Below the pieces are notes generated by a model. It did no database searches. It was not told the origin of the DNA and saw nothing but the letters and a program-made list of their open reading frames with translations. From the sequence record MF360958.1: a DNA stretch of 64,000 nt; one strand, 5' to 3'. Within the stretch, counting starts at the first letter, position 1. Each line of letters opens with the position of its first letter. Made by a program: the position numbers and the translations under genes. Below are positions 29,893 to 39,020 of the stretch, in pieces.

Positions 29893-30774
29893 ATGGGTAG
29901 AAAAAGCGAGATAAAAGATATGAATGAAAGCCATGATAATAAGCAAAAAGGATTAAATAAAGAATATGTTTATTTAGAAGATACAAATAAAGAAATAACG
30001 TCCTATAGTAATATCGTTCAAAAACCTGTGAATAATAATGAAAATAATAAACGCACATTTCGAAAACTAAAAAAATCTAGTAAAAAGAAAAATGATTATC
30101 AATGCGAACTCTGTAAAAAAACCTATAAAACCGAAAGGGGTCTTCTTTTTCATATGTGTGAAAGTAAAAAACGTATGAATGAAAAAGAACATCTTTATGC
30201 TCGCATTGCATTTATGGCTTATATTCGCTTTCATCAATTCATCCAGCCAGAAGGTTTTAAAAAAAGACCCAAAAAATATAGCGATTTTGTGAATAGTCCT
30301 TATTATAAAGGTTTTATTGATTTTGGTCATTATGTTGCAGATATGAACATGAATGAACCCGAAAAATACATTGATTTTCTCATAAAAAACAGTGTTCCTT
30401 TAAAAGATTGGAGTAATGATAGAATTTATGAATTATTTATAACAGACATTTTGAAAAAAGAAAAACCAGATAGAGCAATTGAACGTTCTATTAAAACAAT
30501 GAAGAAATGGGCCTCTGAAAACGAAACAACATGGATAAAGTACTTTGATGAGGCAAGCAATTTTCGTATTCTTTCTAATGTAAAAACAGGTAAGATAAGT
30601 CCTTGGATTATTTTCAATACCAAGACAGGCAAACAATTTCTAAAAAGTTTGAGAGATAATGAGATTGATTATGTCTATAACATAATCAATCCTGATTATT
30701 GGAATAAAAAGTTTGAAAAAAATGAAACTGATGCAAAAGCGGTATCTAATGTATTAAAAAATGCAGGCTTATAA
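29893..30774 (+). CDS. Conserved hypothetical protein with a C2H2/C2HC-like zinc finger
   Basis: YQCELCKKTYKTERGLLFHMC motif; conserved C-terminal GKISPW. Confidence 0.7.
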   Translation: MGRKSEIKDMNESHDNKQKGLNKEYVYLEDTNKEITSYSNIVQKPVNNNENNKRTFRKLKKSSKKKNDYQCELCKKTYKTERGLLFHMCESKKRMNEKEHLYARIAFMAYIRFHQFIQPEGFKKRPKKYSDFVNSPYYKGFIDFGHYVADMNMNEPEKYIDFLIKNSVPLKDWSNDRIYELFITDILKKEKPDRAIERSIKTMKKWASENETTWIKYFDEASNFRILSNVKTGKISPWIIFNTKTGKQFLKSLRDNEIDYVYNIINPDYWNKKFEKNETDAKAVSNVLKNAGL

Positions 30775-30784
30775 AGGAAAGAAT

Positions 30785-31597
30785 ATGAAACGAATTTTTA
30801 ATTACATTAATGAATTTTATTTTTTTATTAAAAATTTTCGTTATTTAGAGTATGTCATAGATGAATATATAAGTAAAGAAAATAGTAATTTTAAAAAGAA
30901 AATAGAATTAATTAAGTTGCCTTGGAAAGTTTTATTTCAAGGGAAAGAGAAAGATTTTTATGCTGTTGAATCGAAACAATATGCTTATAGTGAAGGAAAT
31001 AATCAAAAAGAATCTATTTATATTAATGGTATCATGACTGAATGCGATAAAGCACGCTATGAAGCCAAACAACTTTCGGAAGTATTTGGAAAACCTTTTA
31101 CTGTATTCTGGAACAAATCAAATGGTTTCTTTGAAGATATCTATGACTGTATCCGAATGAAAATTGGTAACAAGTCTGATACTTCTTCTAAAAAACTTGT
31201 TAAATATATTATTCATCGTGTTAATAAATATAATCTTAAAAAAATTTTTATTGTTGGCTACAGTCAAGGAAGTATTATCGCATCTCATGCAATAGAACAG
31301 CTTCCTAAAAATATACGTGATCGTGTCGAGATAAACCTACTTACTATGGGCTCAGCACAGGATAGCCTTCATACGTATTCTAAAAAAGGTACTGCTATAC
31401 ATTTATGTCATACTAATGATTTTGTGGCTCGTATGGGTGTGTTAAACTATCAAAAGAAAAATGTTATTAAAGGATATATTTTAGAAATCCCTAAAGATAC
31501 TCATAGCTTTGAAACATATTTACTAAGCCTTAAAAATATTCGTACTGTAAATCGCAATTACGAAAGTATATTGACAACCTTTAAAAAGTCTCTATAA
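30785..31597 (+). CDS. Alpha/beta hydrolase (lipase/cutinase-like); start revised to ATG 30785
   Basis: Nucleophile elbow IVGYSQGS, then LLTMGS, HTNDFV (Asp) and THSFETY (His). Confidence 0.7.
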   Translation: MKRIFNYINEFYFFIKNFRYLEYVIDEYISKENSNFKKKIELIKLPWKVLFQGKEKDFYAVESKQYAYSEGNNQKESIYINGIMTECDKARYEAKQLSEVFGKPFTVFWNKSNGFFEDIYDCIRMKIGNKSDTSSKKLVKYIIHRVNKYNLKKIFIVGYSQGSIIASHAIEQLPKNIRDRVEINLLTMGSAQDSLHTYSKKGTAIHLCHTNDFVARMGVLNYQKKNVIKGYILEIPKDTHSFETYLLSLKNIRTVNRNYESILTTFKKSL

Positions 31598-31598
31598 T
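31571..31598 (+). promoter_or_regulatory. Consensus sigma70 hexamers TTGACA-N16-TATAAT
   Basis: Exact consensus hexamers, 47 nt upstream of ATG 31646. Confidence 0.85.
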
Positions 31599-31645
31599 AC
31601 AACTCATAAGCTATTGATCTAAAACAACTAAATGAGCTATATATT

Positions 31646-32857
31646 ATGCTTGAAGAACAAAAACAAGAAGCTAATAAAAAGCTGTCCGAGCTATACGACT
31701 ATCTTCAAAGTCTTTTTAATACCGATATTGATGGTGTCAATGATCTGATTCAAAAACAAGTAATTCAAATCTCTGGCGGTTTTGTTAGGAGATTATATTA
31801 TCTTCAAAATAATGTAGAACTTCATGAGAATGATTATTCTGCGTTTTTAGATGGATCTGATATTGACATTTTTCTAATTAATACTACCAACGATATTGAT
31901 AAAAGTTACTTTTTTATCATCAATAATGAAAAAACGGAAAACGAAAAGTGCAATTCATTTGAAGTTACAACCTCAGAAATTAATAAAATTTCTAAGGTTA
32001 ATGAATATCTAAGCTATCCAACCGAGCTTGATGTTTCCCTTTGTGATACAATTAAAAACATACAACACCCTAACAATCCCAATTATATTGAAGATATTAC
32101 TAATACTAGTATTAGTGTAGTAAACCTAAAAGTAACCGATAATTTAAATCAATCTTACCCTAGTAAAGATGTAGAAAAGAAAACCTATTTATATAGTAAA
32201 AAACATTTAAAAGATTTCGATGGGGATAATCATAATTTACCTAATATACTTAGATATTATAATCCTTTGGTTTCTTTTGAAATAATCAATGAAAACTTTG
32301 TATTGTTTAATAGAAAACATTTATTTAAAGTTTATAATAGTAATAATTTAAAGAACTTTTCAAGTAAAAGTCCTCTTTCAAGATTTAAAATCCTTAATAA
32401 TTGTGATAATGATAATATCAATATTCAAATAATTAAATCATTAACATTAAGTAAATTAAAACGTAATGTCATAGAAAAATTAGAAGAAATAAATCACATT
32501 AATAAACAAACTAGAGCTATAGATAATAATATTGTACAACATTATACTCTAGATAATTATGACAATAGCTATGAATTATTCACTAAAGTATTTGATCTTA
32601 AATGCTGCCGGTACACAATTACAACATTAGGTAAAAATTTGGATCAAACTAAAATACAAAATAACGACAATGCTAATTTCTATGAAATTGAATTTGATGA
32701 TGAAATGCCTCTATTTAAAAATATTGATCGTAGGATTATAAAATATTTGGATTATGGTTTTAAATTATCTGATAAATCTTATCATCGATTAATGAACTGT
32801 AAAAAAGAACATGAAAAACACAATTTTTCAAGAAAAATATTTTCAAGCTACTACTAA
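31646..32857 (+). CDS. Pol-beta-superfamily nucleotidyltransferase (CCA/polyA-polymerase-head-like phage family)
   Basis: ISGGFVRR..SDIDIF, NIQII, FDLKCC, RIIKYLDYGF motifs. Confidence 0.65.
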   Translation: MLEEQKQEANKKLSELYDYLQSLFNTDIDGVNDLIQKQVIQISGGFVRRLYYLQNNVELHENDYSAFLDGSDIDIFLINTTNDIDKSYFFIINNEKTENEKCNSFEVTTSEINKISKVNEYLSYPTELDVSLCDTIKNIQHPNNPNYIEDITNTSISVVNLKVTDNLNQSYPSKDVEKKTYLYSKKHLKDFDGDNHNLPNILRYYNPLVSFEIINENFVLFNRKHLFKVYNSNNLKNFSSKSPLSRFKILNNCDNDNINIQIIKSLTLSKLKRNVIEKLEEINHINKQTRAIDNNIVQHYTLDNYDNSYELFTKVFDLKCCRYTITTLGKNLDQTKIQNNDNANFYEIEFDDEMPLFKNIDRRIIKYLDYGFKLSDKSYHRLMNCKKEHEKHNFSRKIFSSYY

Positions 32858-32868
32858 TAATACAAATA

Positions 32869-34359
32869 ATGGAGATATCAATGAATAATAATTATTCACA
32901 AAAAATTATCAATAATGTAAAAAATGAATATAACATTGTATATAATAAAAAAGATAATTTTAATGATTATTTAAAGAAAAATATCAATAAAAATAAGATT
33001 TCATCTGAAGAAGAGAACTTTTCTTCAGGGCCATATATCTTTAAACCTTTAACAAAAATTAAAGATCCAAAATATTATGATTTTATAAACACTAGAGATA
33101 AAACTGAAATTTATACAATTACTAGAAAAATTTTAACACAAATATGTTCAGAAATAAGAAAAGATAACTATGATCACAAATCATACATATGTGATATGTA
33201 TCGTTCATATGACTATATTGCTTTTCAAAATGTTCTAGAAAATTACCTAGTATTGCCATCATTTATGACACACATAGCACCTATTGCATGGCGAATAAGA
33301 GACGAGTTTCATCAGTACTGTTTAGAAAAATTCAATACTGAATTAACGAAAGCAGGTTTGTATGATATCTTCTATTCTAAAGATAGCACTTTAGGACGAG
33401 GAAATCATCTTTTAGAAAACTTTATGTTTAAAACACAAACTATATTTTATGCATATAATTCTTCTAATTATTATAAACTTATGCATTATTTTTTCATTTT
33501 AAGAATAATTGACAATAATTATTCTGATATAAGTTCTGATAATTTTTCTCAATACATGATTCCAGTTTTATCTTATATTATCTTCTTAAATAAAAAATTT
33601 GGGATGAATGAACAACCTTATGTTTATATGTACAATCACAATACAATATTTACATTATTCGACTCAAATATTGATATGAGTAACAACGACGTAGACGACT
33701 TTGATATGATCAATAATCATTGCTTAACATTATTACTTTGTAATCGAATTAATAATGATACTAAAACTTGTAAAGATAATTATGTTGAACTTATTAAGAA
33801 TTCAGATTCAATACAACAAATTATTAATACAAATTCTACAACTGAAAATTTGACACTTCAAAACTGCGAAGATCTAAACGAAATATTTAAATTTTCGGGT
33901 ATTAATGTTAATACTATGAATAAATTTATGAATGAAATATTTCATAGTGTTAATAACGATGAGAAAGATTTAAATCGATTTATAAAAGGAAAAACAATTG
34001 AAGAATTTAAACATTCTTTAATATATTTTATTAATAATTATTGTTATCTCATTAATTTCAAAAAATTAGAACCATTAATGGAAGAAAATATATCGAATAC
34101 ACTATCAAATATTAAAAATTATGCACAATATTATTCTAGTAATTTAAATAATGTTTTTGAAAAAGCACATGAAAAAGAATTAAATCCTAATAGAATATAC
34201 TTTTGTTCTAAAACATTCGATTGTTCACAGCAATTATTTTTTGGAAATATTACGTCTTACTTTAATATTTCACCATGCGTCCTTTATAACAAGGCACGTG
34301 ATGAATATGAAGAGGGCTTGATTGAAGATATGAGAGAATTTATATATGGCGTTCAATAA
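32869..34359 (+). CDS. Hypothetical protein (N/Y/I-rich)
   Basis: 496-aa ORF, very low GC, no recognisable motif. Confidence 0.7.
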   Translation: MEISMNNNYSQKIINNVKNEYNIVYNKKDNFNDYLKKNINKNKISSEEENFSSGPYIFKPLTKIKDPKYYDFINTRDKTEIYTITRKILTQICSEIRKDNYDHKSYICDMYRSYDYIAFQNVLENYLVLPSFMTHIAPIAWRIRDEFHQYCLEKFNTELTKAGLYDIFYSKDSTLGRGNHLLENFMFKTQTIFYAYNSSNYYKLMHYFFILRIIDNNYSDISSDNFSQYMIPVLSYIIFLNKKFGMNEQPYVYMYNHNTIFTLFDSNIDMSNNDVDDFDMINNHCLTLLLCNRINNDTKTCKDNYVELIKNSDSIQQIINTNSTTENLTLQNCEDLNEIFKFSGINVNTMNKFMNEIFHSVNNDEKDLNRFIKGKTIEEFKHSLIYFINNYCYLINFKKLEPLMEENISNTLSNIKNYAQYYSSNLNNVFEKAHEKELNPNRIYFCSKTFDCSQQLFFGNITSYFNISPCVLYNKARDEYEEGLIEDMREFIYGVQ

Positions 34360-34927
34360 AAAAACTGATATTGATATTGATATATTTGATCGTGATAAAG
34401 CTCTTAATGTTTTACCTCATGTTAACGCATCAATTATAAAAAATGATACAATCCGAGATCATAATGTGGGGATTTATCTTCAAGATATACCTACATTTAT
34501 GAATTATAATATGGCTTCTCTTGATTATAAAGAAGCTAGTAAACATGGGTTTTTTAAACTGGACATATTGAATAATACTATCTATGAGTATGTTGAAAGT
34601 GAACAACATCTTGATACCCTCTTAGCAACCGAGCCGGATTGGTCTTTACTTATTCATGACGATATTATACCAAAATTATTTCAAATTCATAAATACGGAT
34701 ACGAACTAAAAAAGTGGAAGCCTAATTCAATTATGAAACTGGCTATGTTCATTGCTATGATCCGGCCCGCTAAGAAATATCTATTAGATTATTCTAATTG
34801 GGAGGATATAAAAGAGGAAATATGGAAAAAACCAGATAATAATGATTCTCATTATTTTAAGAAATCACATAGTATTGCTTATGCAAATGTGATTCGAATA
34901 CAATTAAATTTATTATCTGGTTTTTAG
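34346..34927 (+). CDS. Minimal DNA polymerase III alpha (DnaE)-like catalytic-core protein
   Basis: 193 aa with collinear DnaE motifs DIDIDI, HNVGIY, FFKLDILN, LAMFIAMIRP, FKKSHSIAYA. Confidence 0.8.
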   Translation: MAFNKKTDIDIDIFDRDKALNVLPHVNASIIKNDTIRDHNVGIYLQDIPTFMNYNMASLDYKEASKHGFFKLDILNNTIYEYVESEQHLDTLLATEPDWSLLIHDDIIPKLFQIHKYGYELKKWKPNSIMKLAMFIAMIRPAKKYLLDYSNWEDIKEEIWKKPDNNDSHYFKKSHSIAYANVIRIQLNLLSGF

Positions 34928-35287
34928 TGTACGATTTTTTCTATTATTATTAGACTGATCTAGTATTTTTTGAAGTGAGGCAATATGTCCTGATTTTAAA
35001 TAGGTGGTTTTATAGGGTAAATGAGTCACATATTGCATAAATGGTTGAACATCTTTTGGATAAAAAATATTCATTGGAATAACACGATTAGAATACCACC
35101 ACCAATTTTGTGTTATTTTCATCAATGAAATTAATTCTTGTTGAGAATATAATTTCTCTATATTGATGAATGATATACTATTACGATCACAATTAAGTAT
35201 GATTCCATAATAATTACGGCCATCTTCAGTTTCTAAATGGCTTAAAAAAGGAAAAGAGGATTTTAATTTTTCAATCTCAAATTTCAT
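34913..35287 (-). CDS. Conserved hypothetical protein; start revised to ATG 35287
   Basis: RBS GGAG before MKFEIEK; FPFLS..YYGII..WWWYSNRVIPMN motif. Confidence 0.75.
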   Translation of the reverse strand: MKFEIEKLKSSFPFLSHLETEDGRNYYGIILNCDRNSISFINIEKLYSQQELISLMKITQNWWWYSNRVIPMNIFYPKDVQPFMQYVTHLPYKTTYLKSGHIASLQKILDQSNNNRKNRTLKTR

Positions 35288-35308
35288 TAACAGTCTCCAA
35301 GGGTCAAT

Positions 35309-36139
35309 ATGAATCATTTATATAAATACGCTTACACGATTCCTGTATTTAGGAATCGATTAAATGCTGAATTTACGGAAAATAATGTTATGTTTAACGA
35401 TACGTTAACTCTCTATAAAAATTTTAGTAATACTGTTCACTTCAAGGTCCGTGATCGCGACCGTCGTTCTGTAGATCTCTCTACGCAAGATGTAAAAATG
35501 ACGATCATTGATGATCATCTCGGTATTGAAGCAATGTCATTCTATTTATCAGCTTCACAAACTTCTAATATTGTAGAAACTCAAATTCTCCCAACTATGA
35601 TTGATGATCTAGAAGATGGTGTTTATTATTCCTACATTGTTTCTATTGTTCATAATAAAGATCAATCTGACGAATATTTAGAGCCATTATATACTGATCA
35701 TCATTTTGATATCACTGGAAGACTTTATATTAAAAGTCCTTTGAAGAAAGTTCAAGAATATGTACTGACTAAAAAGCGTCAACGTATTGAGAACTTCATG
35801 AACCGACTTATTAACCAATTCCAAGTACACGATAGTGAAGATGTTGATTATGTAGATGGTCAGTATTATTTTGACGAAATAATCTACACAAGCGACAACT
35901 ATATATCAAGTTCATTTATGTCCACCGATGGTTCAACTTGCGATATGGTTGTTCAGAAACATAATGGTAAAGATTATCCTATGAATCTACGTGATAATGC
36001 ACAATGGAAAAACGTCATTCAACATTTTGATGTCGGTGACACTAAACTTGATATTAAGCTTGATCTTTGGTCGTATTATCGTGTTGTCATAAAAACCCAA
36101 TCTCCCGATCCATTTCAGTTTACCATTCGCCATGCATGA
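35309..36139 (+). CDS. Conserved hypothetical protein (beta-rich N-terminal domain)
   Basis: 276 aa; LTLYKNFSNTVHFKVRDRDRRSVDL pattern recalled from related phages. Confidence 0.7.
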   Translation: MNHLYKYAYTIPVFRNRLNAEFTENNVMFNDTLTLYKNFSNTVHFKVRDRDRRSVDLSTQDVKMTIIDDHLGIEAMSFYLSASQTSNIVETQILPTMIDDLEDGVYYSYIVSIVHNKDQSDEYLEPLYTDHHFDITGRLYIKSPLKKVQEYVLTKKRQRIENFMNRLINQFQVHDSEDVDYVDGQYYFDEIIYTSDNYISSSFMSTDGSTCDMVVQKHNGKDYPMNLRDNAQWKNVIQHFDVGDTKLDIKLDLWSYYRVVIKTQSPDPFQFTIRHA

Positions 36140-36144
36140 TTTAT

Positions 36145-36167
36145 AAAGCCTTGACAAATAAGGCTTT
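36145..36167 (+). terminator. Stem-loop AAAGCCTT-GACAAAT-AAGGCTTT (terminator-like) overlapping a promoter
   Basis: 8-bp inverted repeat directly after the stop at 36139, with a short T run. Confidence 0.55.
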
Positions 36168-36178
36168 TATCATAGCAT
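36151..36178 (+). promoter_or_regulatory. sigma70-like promoter TTGACA-N16-TAGCAT
   Basis: Immediately upstream of the primase ATG 36185. Confidence 0.65.
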
Positions 36179-36184
36179 AGCTAT

Positions 36185-37219
36185 ATGGATTTACTTAAAC
36201 AGATACTACTGAGTTATATTCCTTCAAAAAATACAAGAACAAGACATTGTATTTCATTCAACTGTCCTTGTTGTGTATATATGGGGGAATCACGTCCTGA
36301 TACGAAAGGCAGGGGTGGATTATTCATTGAATCCGATGAAATAGGCTATAACTGTTTCAATTGCGGGTTCAAGTTTCGCCAAGGTCCAAATGATGATTTT
36401 CATTTTAAAACGAAAAAATTCATGGAATTATTAGGAGTGAGTCAAGTTGATATTAATCGCATTCAGCTTGAGTTTATGAAAAATAATTATGCCAATGGAT
36501 TGTTAGGAGATTTGGTTGAACATAAATCAAAATCAAATACTATTCAGTATTCTTCCAATAGCCTTAACTTTAAAGAATGCAATTTACCAGCAAATACTCA
36601 TTACCTTAAAGATATCCTTATGGATAGTTCGCCCGATTCCGATGCATTTAAGGCATACAATTACGCTCAACAAAGGGGTATAGAAAATTGGCCTTATCTA
36701 ATGTGGTGCTCGCAAACAAAACATAAATTAAACAAGCGTTTAATAATTCCCTATTATCATGGTGAAAAAGTTGTTGGGTACACTGCTAGAGCATTTATAG
36801 ATAACATAGCGAAAGATGAGCGGTATTATTCATATACGCCTAATAATAACTATGTGTTCAATGTAGATTCGATTTTCAAGAAAAGACAATACTTGATTAT
36901 AAACGAATCTCCTATTGATTCACTGTTGTTTGATGGTGTTGCAACGATGACTTTTTCACCTAATAAGCAACAAGTGGATCTTATTAACAGTTCAAATGCT
37001 ACGAAAATTTTAGTTCCAGACTTAAATAACGAGTCTGGTAAAAAATTCATAGAAACAGCAGTGGATCAAAACTGGAATGTTTTCTTTCCTGATTGGGATT
37101 CAAATATGGATCTCGGAGAAGCCACAATTTACTATGGAAAGCTTTTCGTTATAAGCCAAATTATCAATAAGTCTATATCTTCTGCTATGAAGATTCGTGT
37201 TAAAGAAAAATTATACTAA
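36185..37219 (+). CDS. gp61: DNA primase (T4 gp61-like)
   Basis: Zn finger CPCC..RGG..YNCFNCG, RLIIP, GYTAR, TOPRIM ESPIDSL and PDLN. Confidence 0.88.
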   Translation: MDLLKQILLSYIPSKNTRTRHCISFNCPCCVYMGESRPDTKGRGGLFIESDEIGYNCFNCGFKFRQGPNDDFHFKTKKFMELLGVSQVDINRIQLEFMKNNYANGLLGDLVEHKSKSNTIQYSSNSLNFKECNLPANTHYLKDILMDSSPDSDAFKAYNYAQQRGIENWPYLMWCSQTKHKLNKRLIIPYYHGEKVVGYTARAFIDNIAKDERYYSYTPNNNYVFNVDSIFKKRQYLIINESPIDSLLFDGVATMTFSPNKQQVDLINSSNATKILVPDLNNESGKKFIETAVDQNWNVFFPDWDSNMDLGEATIYYGKLFVISQIINKSISSAMKIRVKEKLY

Positions 37220-37231
37220 TAAGGAGTCTAA

Positions 37232-38734
37232 ATGTACGATACTAATATCCAAAAGCTATATCTTGGAGTTATGCTTTCTGATGGTGATCTTTTAACCAAA
37301 GTAAAAAGCATAACAAAACCCAACTTATTCAGTAGAGAACTTCAAAAAGTAGTATCCGAAGTTCTAAGTTACGTCGATGAATATGATGGTATTCCTGATC
37401 CTACTTATATTGAAACAAAAACAAATGTTGAAATTAAGGTTCCTAATAAAATCGATGATTCAATCAGAGACTGGTTCTATGATGAATACCCTAAATTCTG
37501 CCTTCATAAAGCACTTGAAGAAGCAGTTATTAAAAGCACAGAACTAATCGAATCTGAAGATTATGATGGTGTAGAACAGCTTATTAAACAAGCTCAAGAA
37601 ACACGTCTAGTTAAAGATTATGGGCTTGATTACTCTGATAATCCTAAAGAACGTCTACAAGCAATTAAGGATCGTTCTGGTAACATCTCTACAGGTTTTG
37701 AATCACTGGATGATGTTGTAGGTAAAATTAATATAGGCGATTTGGTTATCTATGCTGGCGGTCCCGGTTCTGGTAAATCACTATTCCTACAGAACAACTC
37801 TCTCCATCATTATAGCGTTGAGGGCAAGAACGTAATGTATATTACGCTTGAGTTAAGCCCCGACCTTTGTGCGCAACGTATTGACTCTATGCTTTTGGAA
37901 CAGCCAACAAAACGGCTCTATGAAAATCTTGACGCAACCGATAAAGCTATTCGTAAAAAAACACAAGAGTTCGAGAAGCATCATAATGGGGGTATGATTA
38001 AAATTAAATACATGCCTTCAGGATCAACTACTAGTGATATTAAATCATTCGTGAAAGACTTTATGGTGACCACTGGTAATAAAGTCGATGTCCTAGTAGT
38101 AGACTATCTTGATCTTGTAAATCCCGCTCAAAAAGTCCAACTAGGAGATGTTTTCCAAAAAGATAAAGCAGTAAGTGAAGAATTACGTAACATGTCTCAA
38201 GAATTAGAAATGGTTTCTATAACAGCTTCACAGCTTAACCGTTCATCAGTTGGACAAGATGACCTTGATCATTCCCATATTGCGGGTGGTATTTCAAAGA
38301 TCAACACAGCCGATCTTGTACTTGGTATCATTATCACGGACGCTATGAGAGAAAAGGGTTATTACGAGCTACAGGCTCTTAAAGTACGTAATAACAATGG
38401 AACGGGACGTAGGGTACGGCTTGGATACAAAGAAAGCTGTATGAAGATTCACGATGATGAGGATCATTTGATAAATAACAATAGTGATGGAAAATCTCTT
38501 TCAGAAACTGAAGTGTTATTTAACGAAATTCAAAACGAACTTAACACTGATAATGAAAGTTATAATCCAATTGATATTGAAACGGGGAAAGTAAAGCCAT
38601 CACAAGATTTGATCGAAACGGATAAGAATGGAAATAATACTATTAATGTTCCAAAAGAAATGCGAACAGGATTAGGTAATGATAAAGCAGACCGTTTACG
38701 TTCAATGCTTAGAGATGATGACGACGATGTATAG
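37232..38734 (+). CDS. gp41: DnaB-like replicative helicase (T4 gp41-like)
   Basis: Walker A AGGPGSGKS, YITLEL, VVDYLDL, ASQLNR, LKVRN. Confidence 0.92.
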   Translation: MYDTNIQKLYLGVMLSDGDLLTKVKSITKPNLFSRELQKVVSEVLSYVDEYDGIPDPTYIETKTNVEIKVPNKIDDSIRDWFYDEYPKFCLHKALEEAVIKSTELIESEDYDGVEQLIKQAQETRLVKDYGLDYSDNPKERLQAIKDRSGNISTGFESLDDVVGKINIGDLVIYAGGPGSGKSLFLQNNSLHHYSVEGKNVMYITLELSPDLCAQRIDSMLLEQPTKRLYENLDATDKAIRKKTQEFEKHHNGGMIKIKYMPSGSTTSDIKSFVKDFMVTTGNKVDVLVVDYLDLVNPAQKVQLGDVFQKDKAVSEELRNMSQELEMVSITASQLNRSSVGQDDLDHSHIAGGISKINTADLVLGIIITDAMREKGYYELQALKVRNNNGTGRRVRLGYKESCMKIHDDEDHLINNNSDGKSLSETEVLFNEIQNELNTDNESYNPIDIETGKVKPSQDLIETDKNGNNTINVPKEMRTGLGNDKADRLRSMLRDDDDDV

Positions 38735-38743
38735 GTTTAACAT

Positions 38744-39004
38744 ATGACACAGGATAGTAATAATAACGATAATCAATCATCAGAAAACAGCAGAAATCTT
38801 TTAGAAGAAATAATGCAATCTCGTTGTAAATTAACCGAGGGCGTTATAAAGACAAGAGCGGATCATACTATTAATTCGGCTATTAATCTTCTAGAAGAAA
38901 TTGAAGAAAAGTATGGTGAAGATGCGGCGCGATTATTAGAAAAACGACTCGTTTCTGCAATTAAATCAAAAAATCCTAAACGATTTAAGTTTAGTAAAAA
39001 ATAA
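38744..39004 (+). CDS. Small conserved hypothetical protein
   Basis: 86 aa; RADHTINSAINLLEEIEEKYGEDAARLLEKRLVSAI. Confidence 0.75.
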   Translation: MTQDSNNNDNQSSENSRNLLEEIMQSRCKLTEGVIKTRADHTINSAINLLEEIEEKYGEDAARLLEKRLVSAIKSKNPKRFKFSKK

Positions 39005-39020
39005 TACGGAGAACTATTTC

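Noticed and set aside
34346-34927. Pseudogene fragment of host dnaE
   Set aside because: The motifs spanning the DnaE core are condensed collinearly in one intact ORF with its own start and stop, which is not a contiguous fragment
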